Shown: positions 8,197 to 19,200 of the stretch, piece by piece | Position numbering within the stretch: the stretch's first letter is position 1 | Layout of the letters: the number at the start of each line of letters is the position of its first letter | Source of the DNA: an uncultured bacterium | GTDB lineage: Bacteria > Verrucomicrobiota > Verrucomicrobiia > Limisphaerales > UBA8199 | Reading direction: 5' to 3' | Length of the DNA stretch: 64,000 nt | Assembly (NCBI GenBank): GCA_963749495.1 | Contig: CAVVMW010000023.1 | Location: 192,001-256,000 of the forward strand | Notes under the pieces: model-generated | Told to the model about the DNA's origin: nothing | Seen by the model: the letters and a program-made list of their open reading frames with translations, nothing else | The model's database searches: none | Translations under genes and position numbers: made by a program

Positions 8197-10413
8197 TCAA
8201 TGCGTCAGGCGGGTGACCATGGCGTAGAGGATGAGCAGGAGCAGGATGACGCCCAGGCCGAAGAAGAAGTAGCCGAAGGAGCGGGCGATGGTCTTCCAGC
8301 GCAGCCACTCGTCGCGGACGCGGAAGTCATCGAGGCGGCCTTCTGCGACGAGGCGGTCGTACCAGCGGCGGCGCTCGTGGAGCATCTCGTTTTTGGAGAC
8401 GCGGCCCGAGAAGATGACGGTGTCCATCGGGAATTTCTCGATGCGGAAGTGGGTGTTGAAGAAATGGATCGAGAAGATGAAGCCGGCAGCCAGCAGGGCC
8501 TCGTCCGAGTGGATGAGGAGGGCCACGTTGATGACCCAGCCGGGGAAGAAGCGTGTGAAGAAAGTGGGGAACCACATGATGAGGCCCGAGGCGCCGATGA
8601 TGGCCACGCCCCAGAAGACGGCGAAGTAGTCGAACTTCTCCCAATAGGTCCAGCGGTCGAACTGGGGCCTGGGGCCTTTGCCGAAGAACCACTTGTTGTG
8701 GGCGATGAAATCGCGCCAGTCCTGCCACGTCGGGATCATGGAGTCGGGTCCGAAGAGGATGGCCCAGACGCGTTTGAGGCAGAGGCGGCCGGTCTTGGGG
8801 TCGCGGAGCTGGCGGCGGCCGGTCCAGCTCTTGCGGAGGAGGTTGGCGAGGTGGAGCCCGAAGTAGAGGAAGGTGACGAGCGCCCCCAGCCGGTGCAGGG
8901 CGCGGGCGGTCTCGGCGCCGCCGATGACGTCGAACATGGCCTTTGCCCAATCGGTGTAGTAGAACTTGAGGGGCATGCCGGTGATGACCAGCAGCAGGAA
9001 GCTGCTGACCACCAGGAAGTGGAGGAACCGCTCGAAGGGCTCGAAGCGGGTGAACCACTCGCCGCCGACCTGGCTGTTGGTCTTGGCCTCGCGGAACTGC
9101 TTGGAGTCGTGCCAATAGAGGTAGCCAGTGCGGAAGAGCCAGGCGCCGGTGTGCCCGCCAAAGAAGGCAAAGACGCCCACCAGGAGCGCGGTCATGAAGA
9201 GGAACGTGCCGTGCAGGAGCGGGTTGCTCTTGCCATCCAGCGGGTTGGCGTGGGGTTTGTACTGGGTGAAGCGCATTGTGGCCGCCGGGTGGCACTGTTG
9301 GCAGGTGGCCAGGATGTGTTGCCGGGACAGGCGCGAATTGGGGTTGGAGGGAGGCAGCACGTCGTGATGGCCGTGGCAGTCGTAGCAGGCGGCCACGTCC
9401 GAGGCGACGCTCGGTTTGCCCAGGGCCATGGCCTTGCCGTGGTAGGTGTCGCGATAGTGCGCCAGGCGGTCCTGGTGGCATTTGCCGCAGACCTGGTCGC
9501 TGGCCATCTTGAAATGACCGTTCCTGGGGGTCTCGATCTGGTGCGCAGTGTGGCAATCGGAGCACACCGGGGCGTGTTTATCGGTCTGGCCGATGAGTTT
9601 TCCGTGGACGCTCTGGCGGTAGGTCTGCTCGATCTTGACATGGCACTTGCCGCAGGTCCTGGCGATGTTGGCGGCGTTGATGGGCGAGTCCCGGTCCACG
9701 GCGCGCTTGATGTCATGGACGCCGTGGCAATCGTTGCAGGAGGGGGCGACGATCAACCCCATCTTGAGCAGGGCGCGGCCGTGAATGCTCTCCATGTACT
9801 GTCTGGCCGCCTCCGGGTATTTTATCTGGTACTCTTTGGTGAGCCCGGGATTGCTGTGGCAGGAGGCGCAGGTGCCCGGCAGGTTGAGCTTGAAGACCGG
9901 GGAGTCGGCGTGCTTGGCGGACAGGATGGCGTGGGTGCCATGGCAATCGGTGCAGCCGGCGGCGCCGGAGGCGCCCAGGGTATGGCTCGCGCCATGAATG
10001 CTGGTGGCATAGTCGCGCGCGGGCTGCACGTGGCAGGCCGCGCAATTGACCGGCTTGGCGGCCACATTGTCGTCGGGGTGCTTGTCCGAGATATCGGGAT
10101 GGCAGCTCGAGCAGGTGTTGGTCTTGTGAACCGTCGCGGCAAGCCGGGCTTGGTCCACGAAGAGCGAGATCTCCTTGCCGGCGGCATTGGTCTTGGTGAG
10201 GGTCTTGTCGGAGTGGCATTCCAGGCAGGCGCTGTTGGGCCCCTTGTCGGCCGCCAGGCTCGAAAGCGCTCCCAGCCCCGGCCCCAGGCCAAGGCAGGCC
10301 AGCAGGGCCAGACTCCCCAGGGCCTGGAGGGTGCGGGCGCGGCCAAAGCGCCTGGGGCGAGGGCATCCGGACCGGCGAGCCGGCCCGGCTTCGGGCTTTG
10401 TTGAATCAGACAT
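8197..10413 (-). CDS. Multiheme cytochrome c / cytochrome b (FdnI-type) fusion, CbcL-like quinol oxidoreductase
   Basis: 11 CxxCH in the N-terminal half, then TM domain with RFLHFL, LHRLGA, YWEKFDYFAVFWG, IHSDEALLA, HFFNTH. Confidence 0.88.
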   Translation of the reverse strand: MSDSTKPEAGPARRSGCPRPRRFGRARTLQALGSLALLACLGLGPGLGALSSLAADKGPNSACLECHSDKTLTKTNAAGKEISLFVDQARLAATVHKTNTCSSCHPDISDKHPDDNVAAKPVNCAACHVQPARDYATSIHGASHTLGASGAAGCTDCHGTHAILSAKHADSPVFKLNLPGTCASCHSNPGLTKEYQIKYPEAARQYMESIHGRALLKMGLIVAPSCNDCHGVHDIKRAVDRDSPINAANIARTCGKCHVKIEQTYRQSVHGKLIGQTDKHAPVCSDCHTAHQIETPRNGHFKMASDQVCGKCHQDRLAHYRDTYHGKAMALGKPSVASDVAACYDCHGHHDVLPPSNPNSRLSRQHILATCQQCHPAATMRFTQYKPHANPLDGKSNPLLHGTFLFMTALLVGVFAFFGGHTGAWLFRTGYLYWHDSKQFREAKTNSQVGGEWFTRFEPFERFLHFLVVSSFLLLVITGMPLKFYYTDWAKAMFDVIGGAETARALHRLGALVTFLYFGLHLANLLRKSWTGRRQLRDPKTGRLCLKRVWAILFGPDSMIPTWQDWRDFIAHNKWFFGKGPRPQFDRWTYWEKFDYFAVFWGVAIIGASGLIMWFPTFFTRFFPGWVINVALLIHSDEALLAAGFIFSIHFFNTHFRIEKFPMDTVIFSGRVSKNEMLHERRRWYDRLVAEGRLDDFRVRDEWLRWKTIARSFGYFFFGLGVILLLLILYAMVTRLTH

Positions 10414-10464
10414 CGTGGATTTCAGATTTCAAATTTCAAATGGCCGGCTGCGCCGGACGGCGTC

Positions 10465-11943
10465 CTAAAGCGCACCATTGTGGCAATCGGTGCAGGCGCC
10501 ATCGACTTCGTCGCCCGGGTGTTTGAATTTCTGGCCCTTGGGTGTGAGTTGCTCCAGTTCGTCGCCGCTGCCCTGGGCCAGGATGGTGTGGCAGGCGTTG
10601 CAGTCATTGGCCTTGATAGTGCGCTTGCCGTCGGCGGTGGTGTGCTGGCCGTCGTGACAGCGGAAACAGCCCGGCCAGTCCTGGTGGCCGATGTTGTCCG
10701 GATAGACCCTCCAGTCGGCCTTCATTTCGGGGAAGAAATTGTCCTGGTAGATCAGTTGGATCGCCTTGATGGCCCTGTGGAGGCGGGGGTCGTCGGGGTA
10801 GCGCGAGGAGAGAAAGGTGGCGATGCCTTCGAGGGCCTGGGTGGAGTTGGTGAAGGGCCGGGTCAGGGCGTAGAGGGCGTTGGTCTTGATGTAGGGCAGC
10901 GAGCGGTCGAGGTTGGTCAGTGCGATGGCGAGGTTGACGGCGGTGTCGGGGGTTTGGTAGCGGTGCGCCGGCCGGTTGTGGCAGTCCATGCAGTCCATGC
11001 GGCGGATGGCCGCCTGGTCCACGGCATTGGTGAATTTGGGCGAGCGGAACTCGCTCACCACGCCCTGTTCCAGGTCCGTCACCCGGACCCAGGGGATCTT
11101 CTGCCGGCGGTCGTCGGCGAGGTACTCGATGCGGTTGCCCACGTTCATGTGCCAATGGATGCCCTCCAGCGGGCCGTGGGTCGGGTCGCCCCCGCCCACC
11201 TTGAGCAGCATCCGCACCGTGAACGGCGTGTTGGTCTCGTCGCCTAGAAAATAGGAATACGTCCGCTCGACGTCGCCGACGAATTTTTTGGGCCAATGGC
11301 ATTCCTCGCAGGTCTCCTGGGCGGGCCGCAGGTTGGTGATCGGTGTCTTGATCGGTTGAGGGTACTTGTGGGTGAGGGTGGCATAGACCTGGTAGGTGCC
11401 GGAGAGCTTCGAGCGGACGTACCAGGCGGCGCCCTTGCCGATGTGGCACTCCGCGCAGGCCACGCGGGCATGGGGCGAATGGCGATAGGTGACCAACTCC
11501 GGTTTCATCACCTCGTGGCAGGCCTCGCCGCAGAAGGGGACCGATTCGGTGAAACGATAGGTCTGGTAGCTGCCCACCGCGCTGATGAACAGGAACGCGA
11601 CGCCCCCCGCCAGAAACAGACCGAAGAGTTTCCGGTCGCGCGGGCGCGTCAGATCGATGCGCAAGGGCGGCGGGGCCCCGGCCGTGCGGGCGATCTGCCG
11701 CCGCCGCCGCCAGGCGCCCAGCGCGCCCAGGCACAGGCCGGCCATCAGGAACGCCGGGGCCACCAGGTAGGTCAGGATGCCGATGTAGGGGTTGGCCGAA
11801 CGAGCCAGCGCATCCACCAGCAGCAGCAGCGCGAACGAGAACACGCTCCCCACCATCACCACCAGACCGGTCAGACTCAGCCAGTTGCGAAAGATCGACG
11901 AGCGGTGCGGGTCCGGCGGCGGAGAGGAGACTTCAGAATTCAT
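10465..11943 (-). CDS. NapC/NirT-family 7-heme inner-membrane cytochrome, ImcH-like
   Basis: Three N-terminal TM helices, FCGEACH (CX3CH) plus six CxxCH, NLRPAQETCEECHWP, GIHWH, DCMDCHNRPAH. Confidence 0.88.
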   Translation of the reverse strand: MNSEVSSPPPDPHRSSIFRNWLSLTGLVVMVGSVFSFALLLLVDALARSANPYIGILTYLVAPAFLMAGLCLGALGAWRRRRQIARTAGAPPPLRIDLTRPRDRKLFGLFLAGGVAFLFISAVGSYQTYRFTESVPFCGEACHEVMKPELVTYRHSPHARVACAECHIGKGAAWYVRSKLSGTYQVYATLTHKYPQPIKTPITNLRPAQETCEECHWPKKFVGDVERTYSYFLGDETNTPFTVRMLLKVGGGDPTHGPLEGIHWHMNVGNRIEYLADDRRQKIPWVRVTDLEQGVVSEFRSPKFTNAVDQAAIRRMDCMDCHNRPAHRYQTPDTAVNLAIALTNLDRSLPYIKTNALYALTRPFTNSTQALEGIATFLSSRYPDDPRLHRAIKAIQLIYQDNFFPEMKADWRVYPDNIGHQDWPGCFRCHDGQHTTADGKRTIKANDCNACHTILAQGSGDELEQLTPKGQKFKHPGDEVDGACTDCHNGAL

Positions 11944-12085
11944 GGTGCGAAAAACAACATAGCGGAACTGGCGGCAGGGTAGTCAAGGTTCAGACTCCGG
12001 TCTGCAGGTTCCAACCGAGGATCACGCCCCGGAAACCGCGCGGCTCATCCAGCCCGCCGTCCCGGGGCGCGACATCGCCACCGGC

Positions 12086-12418
12086 CTACTTCTTCTTGAA
12101 GGTCCGCATGTGCGCGATGACGGCCTTGACGTCGCTGTCCGACAGGTCCTCGGCCGGTTTCATCACTTCCTTGCCTTCCTTGTCCTTGTAGCCCTTCTTG
12201 ACGGCCTTGATGGCGTCCTCGTCCTTGAGGTCATCCTGCACCTTGGCGCTGGTGTAGTCCTTGGCCCCCTGCTTCTTGCCCATCTTGGTCTCGCCTTTGC
12301 CGTCGGGCCCATGGCACTTGGCGCACTGCTTCTCGTAGAGGGCCTTCCCATCGGCGGCAACGGCTGAGAGGGCCCCGGCAGCCAGGACCGCAACGGAGAG
12401 TATGATTATTTTCTTCAT
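12086..12418 (-). CDS. Monoheme class I cytochrome c
   Basis: Signal peptide, CAKCHG, distal Met (VMKP). Confidence 0.92.
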   Translation of the reverse strand: MKKIIILSVAVLAAGALSAVAADGKALYEKQCAKCHGPDGKGETKMGKKQGAKDYTSAKVQDDLKDEDAIKAVKKGYKDKEGKEVMKPAEDLSDSDVKAVIAHMRTFKKK

Positions 12419-12662
12419 GCGTATTCTGTTCTTGTTTGTTCTCGGGGCGCCGCCAGCGCCCCGTCGAGGGACCGGCGCCATCAGACTCCGGCCCGGACCG
12501 CAGGCAACCGGACCAGCCGGGGCGCCGGTTCCCGCGCGACACGTTAGCGCCCGTGATAGGCATTCTCAGTGAACCTTCCAGTATCAGCTTTTCAAATATT
12601 GCTAAAGACTAAACATTTTTTGGCACGTTCCGTTCGCATCCCGCCGCCAAAGGCATTGGCAC

Positions 12663-12676
12663 AAGATGTAGATCAA
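12663..12676. promoter_or_regulatory. Possible FNR/CRP-family site upstream of the cytochrome operon
   Basis: aagat-gtag-atcaa matches 8 of 10 positions of TTGAT-N4-ATCAA, in an AT-rich patch. Confidence 0.3.
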
Positions 12677-12734
12677 CTCATTTTTGCTGCCGTTTGAACA
12701 ACATCTACTTTCAATCCGGGACTTGCGGGCGTAT

Positions 12735-12880
12735 CCCGACACCGCCCCCACCGGCTGCGGCGAGCAGGGAGTGCGCCCGTCCTCGGGCGCAGCGCCGTCC
12801 GGAGCCAGGGCAGCGGTCAAACACTCCAGCGCGCCTGCCAGCTCCGTCGCTGCTGCGCCCGAGGACGGGCGCACTCCGGG
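12735..12880. repeat. MITE/REP-doublet element, copy 1
   Basis: 26-bp IR ggagtgcgcccgtcctcgggcgcagc / gctgcgcccgaggacgggcgcactcc; whole unit matches the reverse complement of 19405-19545. Confidence 0.85.
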
Positions 12881-12967
12881 GCAGGGTCGCGATGCGCTCG
12901 GAACCTGCCGCGGCCCATTTCGGATCTTGAACCCCCGGTCCGGGTGCTCTTACATGGGCCTGTCATT

Positions 12968-13660
12968 ATGGCCCGCACGCCCATGCACCCGCTGGCCGAG
13001 CAGCCGCTGGACCGGCTGCCCGGCAGGCCGCAATGCTCGCTGCCGGCCTGGGATCGCACGTATCTCAACGCCCTGATGCTGGAGAACTCGCTGCGCCAGT
13101 GCGCGCCTTGCGTCAAGGGCAGGCTCCTGGACGTCGGGTGCGGGCGCCGCCCGTACCAGCACAGCTTTTTCGCCGCCGCCAGCCAGTACATCGGCGTGGA
13201 CTTCCTCCTGGACCGCTCGGAGCCGGACGTGGTTTGCTCGGCCCTGGGATTGCCGTTCGCGGCGGACGCCTTTGACACGGTGGTTAGCACCGAGGTGCTG
13301 GAGCACGTGCCGGACCCGCTCCTGGCCTTGCGCGAGATGCGCCGCGTGCTCAAGCCCGGCGGCTGCCTCATCCTCAGCACCCCCATGTACTGGCCGCGCC
13401 ATGATGTGCCCTGCGACTTCTTCCGCTACCCCTACGACGGCCTCCTGCACCTGGTCAACGAGAGCGGCCTCCAACTGACCCGCCTCTTCAACCGCGGCCG
13501 CTCCTATGCCTTCCTGGGCCAGGTCGTCCAACACGTCCACCCCATCCCAGGCCGCGCGGCCTCCTGGCTCATCAACCGCTTCTTCCTCTGGTGCGACCGG
13601 CGGCTCAAGCACGATGCGCTCACTCTGGGGTGGACCCTCGTTGCCAAAAAGACGGAATAG
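12968..13660 (+). CDS. Class I SAM-dependent methyltransferase (Methyltransf_11)
   Basis: LLDVGCGRRPY, LPFAADAFD, EVLEHVPDP, RVLKPGG. Confidence 0.9.
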   Translation: MARTPMHPLAEQPLDRLPGRPQCSLPAWDRTYLNALMLENSLRQCAPCVKGRLLDVGCGRRPYQHSFFAAASQYIGVDFLLDRSEPDVVCSALGLPFAADAFDTVVSTEVLEHVPDPLLALREMRRVLKPGGCLILSTPMYWPRHDVPCDFFRYPYDGLLHLVNESGLQLTRLFNRGRSYAFLGQVVQHVHPIPGRAASWLINRFFLWCDRRLKHDALTLGWTLVAKKTE

Positions 13661-13792
13661 GCCGATGATCTTTGGCTTTCTCCTTTCATCTCCGTTGGAC
13701 TTGCTGTGCCGGTAGATTTCCGCATACTGCGGCAATGAAGGCTTGCGTATGGTAGAGTTCGCAGAGAGAGAAAAGAGCAGAGCAAAGGCATT

Positions 13793-14011
13793 ATGAAGTA
13801 CACTGGCAAAATAAGGGGCGGAGTGGTGGTGCTGGAGGGCGCGCCGCCACTCAAAGAGGGGACCATTGTGGCCGTCGAGCCCATTGCGCAGTCTGGCCGA
13901 GCTCCCACATTAGGCCAACGTCTCAAGCGCTTTTCTGGCTCGGCGCGGGGCCTGCCTCGGGACATGGCACAGAACCACGACCATTACCTGCACGGACGGC
14001 CTAGAAAATGA
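13793..14011 (+). CDS. Antitoxin of VapBC-type TA pair
   Basis: 72 aa, YTGKIRGGVVVL...GLPRDMAQNHDHYLHG; ATGA overlap with the PIN gene. Confidence 0.8.
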   Translation: MKYTGKIRGGVVVLEGAPPLKEGTIVAVEPIAQSGRAPTLGQRLKRFSGSARGLPRDMAQNHDHYLHGRPRK

Positions 14012-14418
14012 AGCGTCTGTTTGCAGACACGTTTTTCTTTTTCGCCTACCTGAACGCCGAGGATGGCGCCCATCAAACAGCCGCCCAGTACTTCGACAAC
14101 TTCGACGGCCATATCATAACGACCGAGTGGGTGCTGACCGAACTGGCGGACGGGATGGCAGGAATTGGCGACCGTGAAACGTTCGCCGAGTTCTATGAGG
14201 CGCTCCGTTCCGATCCGTCTGTTACGATCGTCCCTTCCGGCTCCAAGCTCTTTGCCGAGGGCCTCGAACTTTACTCAAGCAGGAAGGACAAGGAGTGGAC
14301 GTTAACGGATTGTACCTCGTTCATCGTGATGAAGCGCGAGCGGCTGGATGATGCCCTGACGGGCGATCATCATTTCAGACAGGCCGGCTTCACCGTTCTG
14401 TTGAGTTCATCGAGTTGA
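14008..14418 (+). CDS. vapC: PIN-domain VapC toxin
   Basis: FADTFFF, TTEWVLTE, TLTDCTSF, LTGDHHFRQAGF. Confidence 0.92.
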   Translation: MKRLFADTFFFFAYLNAEDGAHQTAAQYFDNFDGHIITTEWVLTELADGMAGIGDRETFAEFYEALRSDPSVTIVPSGSKLFAEGLELYSSRKDKEWTLTDCTSFIVMKRERLDDALTGDHHFRQAGFTVLLSSSS

Positions 14419-14566
14419 CACCCGCTCCCTGGCTCGACGGTTGAGTGCTTGGCGCTGGCAGATCGGATCCCGTGTTCAGGCGTCGCTACGCGACGCGGGG
14501 AATGTTCGGCCGTAGATCCGTGGACTGGAAGTCCACGGCTACCTTCACGCACCGCTACGCGGTGAC

Positions 14567-16051
14567 TCAACGTTGCTGCTTTTCCTGCCGAGGCTCCGCA
14601 AACAGCCCTAGCTCCGCCAGGGCCGGGCAAACCGGGGCTTGGGTGATCCGCAGCCGGACCTTGTCCGTCGTGATGGATTCGCCCCGGACAAGGCGCTTAT
14701 GGCCGATGCTGGTGCCTCTGGCAAATTCCACCCATTGGCCGTCTTTCCACTGGTCCAGTCCGAAGGCCTCGATGCGCTGGCCCAGCGGCAGGTATTCCCC
14801 CAGGCTCACCACGTTGAACGTGACGGGGCGGCCCAAATCGATGACCAACTCCGGCGTCGTCACTCCATCGTCCGTGGACCAATAGGCCTCTTTGTTCCCG
14901 GCCAGGAGATTGTTCGGCGCGAATTGCCTGGCGCCGCCCCGGATGTTGCTGGTGGTGCCCCCGGCGCCGTCCGCTAGGTTCTTGGCGAACGTGGCATCCA
15001 GGATGCGGCGGAATTCGCGGAGCGACTGGCGGTCTTTCTCGCAAATCTGGCCGCGCCGATCCGGCGGGATGTTCAGGTTCAGGCACGCGCCGCGGCCGAC
15101 CGATTTGTAATAGATGTCAAGGAGGCGCGCGGGGCTCTTGACCCTCGCGTCCTCGCTCGCATGATAGAACCAGCCGGGGCGGATCGAGACATCGCACTCG
15201 GCCGGAATCCAGTGTGTGCCGGGACGTTCGCCGGAGGTCAGGCCCTCGCTTGACCCGCCGGGACGGCGCCCTGCGGCGTTCAACGTCGCCCAGCACGGGT
15301 CGCCCGCAATCCCGTTTTCGTTGCCCACCCAGCGGAAGTCCGGCCCCCCATCGCTGAACATCACCGCCCCGGGCATCAGCTCCCGGACCAGCTTCCAGGT
15401 GGTTTCCCAATCGTAATAGGTGCGGTTATCGATGTGCCGCGTCTCGCGTGCCCCGCCGTAATAGCCGCTCCCGCCGTTGGCGCCGTCGAACCAGACGGTG
15501 AAGATGTCGCCGTACTGGGTCAGCAACTCGCGCAGTTGATTGCGGTAGTAGGTGATATACTCGGGCCGGGCGTAGTCCTTGTGGTTGCGGTCCCAGGGCG
15601 AGAGATAGACACCGAACCGCAGCCCGTGCCGCCGGCAGGCCTCCGAGACCTCCTTGACCACGTCCCCTTGGCCCCCGCGCCAAGGGCTGTTCTTGACCGA
15701 GTGTTCCGTATATTGGCTGGGCCAAAGGCAAAAACCGTCGTGATGCTTGGCCGTCAGGATGAGGCCCGTCATCCCGGCCTCCTTGGCGGTCGAGACGATC
15801 TGGTCGGCGTCGAAGGCCGTCGGGTTGAACACCTTCTCGTCTTCGTCCCCCTCGCCCCATTCCTTGTCGGTGAAGGTGTTCACGGTGAAATGGAGGAAGC
15901 CGTAAAACTCCATCTCGTGCCAGCGCATCTGGCGCTGCGTCGGCACCGGCCCGTAAGGCGCCGGGACCGAAACCGTTCCGGCCCGCAACCCGAGGCCGCT
16001 CAAAATCATCCCGAGCGCCAGGCCCCTCAGCAGAACATTCCGTGAAGTCAT
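14567..16051 (-). CDS. Alpha-L-fucosidase (GH29) with C-terminal F5/8-type domain
   Basis: LTAKHHDGFCLWPS, YLSPWDRN, VWFDGA, RWVGNE, ECDVSIRPGWFYH. Confidence 0.95.
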   Translation of the reverse strand: MTSRNVLLRGLALGMILSGLGLRAGTVSVPAPYGPVPTQRQMRWHEMEFYGFLHFTVNTFTDKEWGEGDEDEKVFNPTAFDADQIVSTAKEAGMTGLILTAKHHDGFCLWPSQYTEHSVKNSPWRGGQGDVVKEVSEACRRHGLRFGVYLSPWDRNHKDYARPEYITYYRNQLRELLTQYGDIFTVWFDGANGGSGYYGGARETRHIDNRTYYDWETTWKLVRELMPGAVMFSDGGPDFRWVGNENGIAGDPCWATLNAAGRRPGGSSEGLTSGERPGTHWIPAECDVSIRPGWFYHASEDARVKSPARLLDIYYKSVGRGACLNLNIPPDRRGQICEKDRQSLREFRRILDATFAKNLADGAGGTTSNIRGGARQFAPNNLLAGNKEAYWSTDDGVTTPELVIDLGRPVTFNVVSLGEYLPLGQRIEAFGLDQWKDGQWVEFARGTSIGHKRLVRGESITTDKVRLRITQAPVCPALAELGLFAEPRQEKQQR

Positions 16052-16114
16052 AATGGCCTCAGAGTCTCAGTTTTCCCGGCACACCGCAACCGCAGGATGG
16101 CCGAAAGCCGAAAT

Positions 16115-16275
16115 ACGCAGAATCATTGCTGACAGAATCATGAGAATAATTCCTCAAAAAATGATTCTGCCACTAATGATTTTGCTTGTTCCCAGCCGCA
16201 AACCCGAAATCAGCAAAATCATTGTTGGCAGAATCATAAGAATAACTTTTCCAAAAATGATTCTGCTTGATTCTG
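16115..16275. repeat. AT-rich (g)cagaatcat / atgattctgc repeat cluster
   Basis: About 7 direct and inverted copies between the fucosidase and malectin genes. Confidence 0.75.
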
Positions 16276-16286
16276 GCCGCGGCCCA

Positions 16287-19200
16287 TCACCTAGCCGTGA
16301 CCACGACGGTCTGGTTGAGCCGGGGCGCGGTGGCGGGGAAGCGGACGGGCTGGCCTTGGCCTCGCGTGGGCTCGGCCTGGAGGTAGTACTCGAGGTCGTC
16401 GTTGGCTGCCGGGGGCAGTTCGACCGTATAGACGCCGCGTTCGACATGTTCCAGCGGGAGACGGGCGAAAGAGCGCTGGCCCAGTTTGCGCCAGTAGAGA
16501 GCGGCCTGGCGCGGCGGGGCCTCCGAGAGGACGATGACTTTGAGCCTGAGGGCCTCGTTGGCGGCCAGGCTCGTGCGGAGGGTGGGCACGATGATGCGCA
16601 TCGGGCCGCGATATTCCCGCCCGGGCTGGGCGTCGGCCGGCAGCGGCTCGCCCAGGATTTTGGCCAGTTCCTCGCCGGGCTTGTCGAGCAGGCCGGGCAG
16701 ATTGTGCTGGTTCCAGTTGGCCACCGTGCCCAATTCGCCCGGAGTCGAAACCGTGGCCAGCAGGTGCTCGTACACTACGCCGGCCAGCCGAACGAGCTTC
16801 TGGCGCGCGGGCAGCGCCTGTTGCCGGGCCAGCTTCTGCTGCTCCGCCGCGCCCTTTTCCTGCTTGACCCTTGCGATGATGCGGTTGTAGTCCGCCCAGG
16901 CGCAGTTCAGCTCGCCGATGCCCCGGAAATAAAGGAATGTGTTGAGCCAGTAATCAAACCGCTCGAGGTTGCCCGCGCCCTTGACTTGCGCCCGCAACGC
17001 GGCGAACTCCTCGACAAACGCATAGTCCTTCCGCGCCTGCTCCCAGGCGCGCCCATCGGGGCCAATCCCGCCCGGACCGTCAATCCACACCGACGGCTTG
17101 GGCAGCCTGCCATCGATCCGCTCGAAGATCGCCGCCGCCCCGGCGCCCGCCCCGGGGCCGAACTGGTGCAGCGCCCAGTCCTGGTAGAAATCCTTGGTTG
17201 ATGGCAACACGGCCTGCGGCGCCGGAGCGGCCATGTCCGCGGCGTAGTCGCCGTAAGCGGGGCCGCCGCAATTGATCTTGGTGGCGAAGCCGGTGCCTTC
17301 GACCGCCAGGGCGGCGATGCTCGGGAATTCGATGCGCGGGACGAACTGGATGTCCACCCAGCCGTTGGTGACCGCTACGCCCTCGAACGTGAAATCCAGG
17401 GCGCGGTTCTTGCCGACCCTGCCGAAGATGTCGAGGTTGGTGATGACCGTGTTGCCCTGAAGCTTCACATCGAAGGCGCGTTTGCCTGCGGCATCGTAAT
17501 GGGGCTCGCAAAACTTCAGGGTCACCTTGCACAGGCCGTTGGTCGCCGGGATGTGATAAGCCGAGAGGTTGTAGCGGACCGTCTGGTAGAGCGGGGCGTC
17601 GGTCGTGTCGGCGATGGGGTTGTTGGGAAAGGCGGCGACGGCCCCGCCCTCCGCGCCGGGCGTGTGCGGCGAGCGCGCCGGCGGCAGCGGCGGCTTGTAA
17701 GAGTCCAGCCACGCGCTCTGCTCCCAGGCGGCCTGGGCCAGGGCGCCGATGTTCGGGCCCAGCACGCGCGTGCGCCAGTGGATGCCCATCAGGCCGTCGC
17801 AGCCGTAACGCAAGGCGTCGGCGGCGTCGCGCCGCATCCGGCCCGCCCACAACTGCGGCGAGGTCAGCGCCGGATCATCTTCCAGCCAGGGGATGGCCCA
17901 TTTGGACCGGCCGTTGACCTCGGCGAACCCGGCGTCCACGGGGGTGTAACCCACTTCCCGGTTGATGCAACTCACCGCCACGCCCTTGGGCAGCACCTTG
18001 TCGAACATCGCCCGGTCCTGCTGCGGCCCCAGCACCCACCCGCACGTGGCCAGGGCGAAGCCGGGCGCCACCTTCTTGTGCGCCGCAATGGCCGCCTCCA
18101 AATCGCCCCGCGTCCGGGCGACCTGCTCCTCGCTCACGTTAGACCACGTCCAGTCCTCCGGGGTCCAGAACCAATAGTAATCCAGTGGATAGGCCTGTCC
18201 CGCGCGCTGGAAGATCCCTTCATACAACTCCTGCGTCACCGCCGCGTCGGCCGGGTTGCGGCCCTGGGCCTTGAGCCGCTCCTGGACCCGCTTGGGCACC
18301 ACCAGCGGCGTCTCGGTTCCCACGCACGTCTTGATCCCCAACCGCCGCGCAAAACCGAAGGCCTCGCGCAGCATCGACGCCGTCCGCTCGAACACCTCGT
18401 TGCTCGCCTCAACCGTGGCCGGGGCGGGAATCCACCGCCCCAGGACGTCCGGCCCGAAGGCGTCCCGCTCGAAAAGCCCCGCGCTGCCGAACACGTAGTC
18501 GCCGGTCTTGCGGGGCGCATAACCCCAGTTGCCGCGCAGCGTGTTCTGGTAGCTCGAGGGGTAGCTGAACCGGACCTGGCCGCCCTGGCCGATGTCGCCG
18601 GGCAGCCCGATCCAGACCGTCGGCTCTGCGTTCGGGCGCTCCTCGGGATACGTGTGCAGGCCCAGAAAGTTCATGCGGAGCTTGGCCAATTGCCCGAGGA
18701 TGGCCAGGTAATCGTCCCGGTTCCACCAGTCCGGGCCTTCGGGGAAATCGTGGAAGGGCTGGATGCCGCGCACGGCGAAGAGCGGCGCCGCCCGCTCATC
18801 CAGCGCCGGCATCTGCCAGGACCCCTGCTCGTCGGGGACCACGTCCCCGTGCAGGTAGAACCGCGCGCCGAGCCGCTCCGCGAAACGATAGGCCCCATAG
18901 AGCGTGCCGGCATCATCCCCGCCGACCACCAGCAGCAGCGCCCGCCCCGCCCCCGCCCCGCGCGACAGGCCCCGAGGGAGCGTCTTGAGATAATAACCCT
19001 GCGGCGCCAGGCCCTGGATAGCGGCCGCAACCGGCCCTTCGGCGCCCAGGCCCTCCAGCACCGCCCGGCCCTTGCGCGCCACCAGGATCGCCTCCCCCTT
19101 GCCCCGCAGAGCGTCATCCTCCGAAACGATGGCCGCCACCCGGCCCGTCCGCAGGTAGAGGTAGCGCCGCACCTCGCGCGCCGCCAGTTGCTCCATCCAG

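Noticed and set aside
8167..10404. Long antisense ORFs (e.g. 8167-10404+, 17499-19217+, 32306-34075-, 61842-63698-)
   Set aside because: They are shadow frames of real high-GC genes and have no recognisable motifs.
12620..12672. Sigma-54 promoters at the two tggcac sites
   Set aside because: GG-to-GC spacing is not the required 10 nt, and the orientation is opposite to the cytochrome operon.
16115..16275. Possible CRISPR array
   Set aside because: The repeats are 9-13 bp, in both orientations and irregularly spaced; there are no cas genes.
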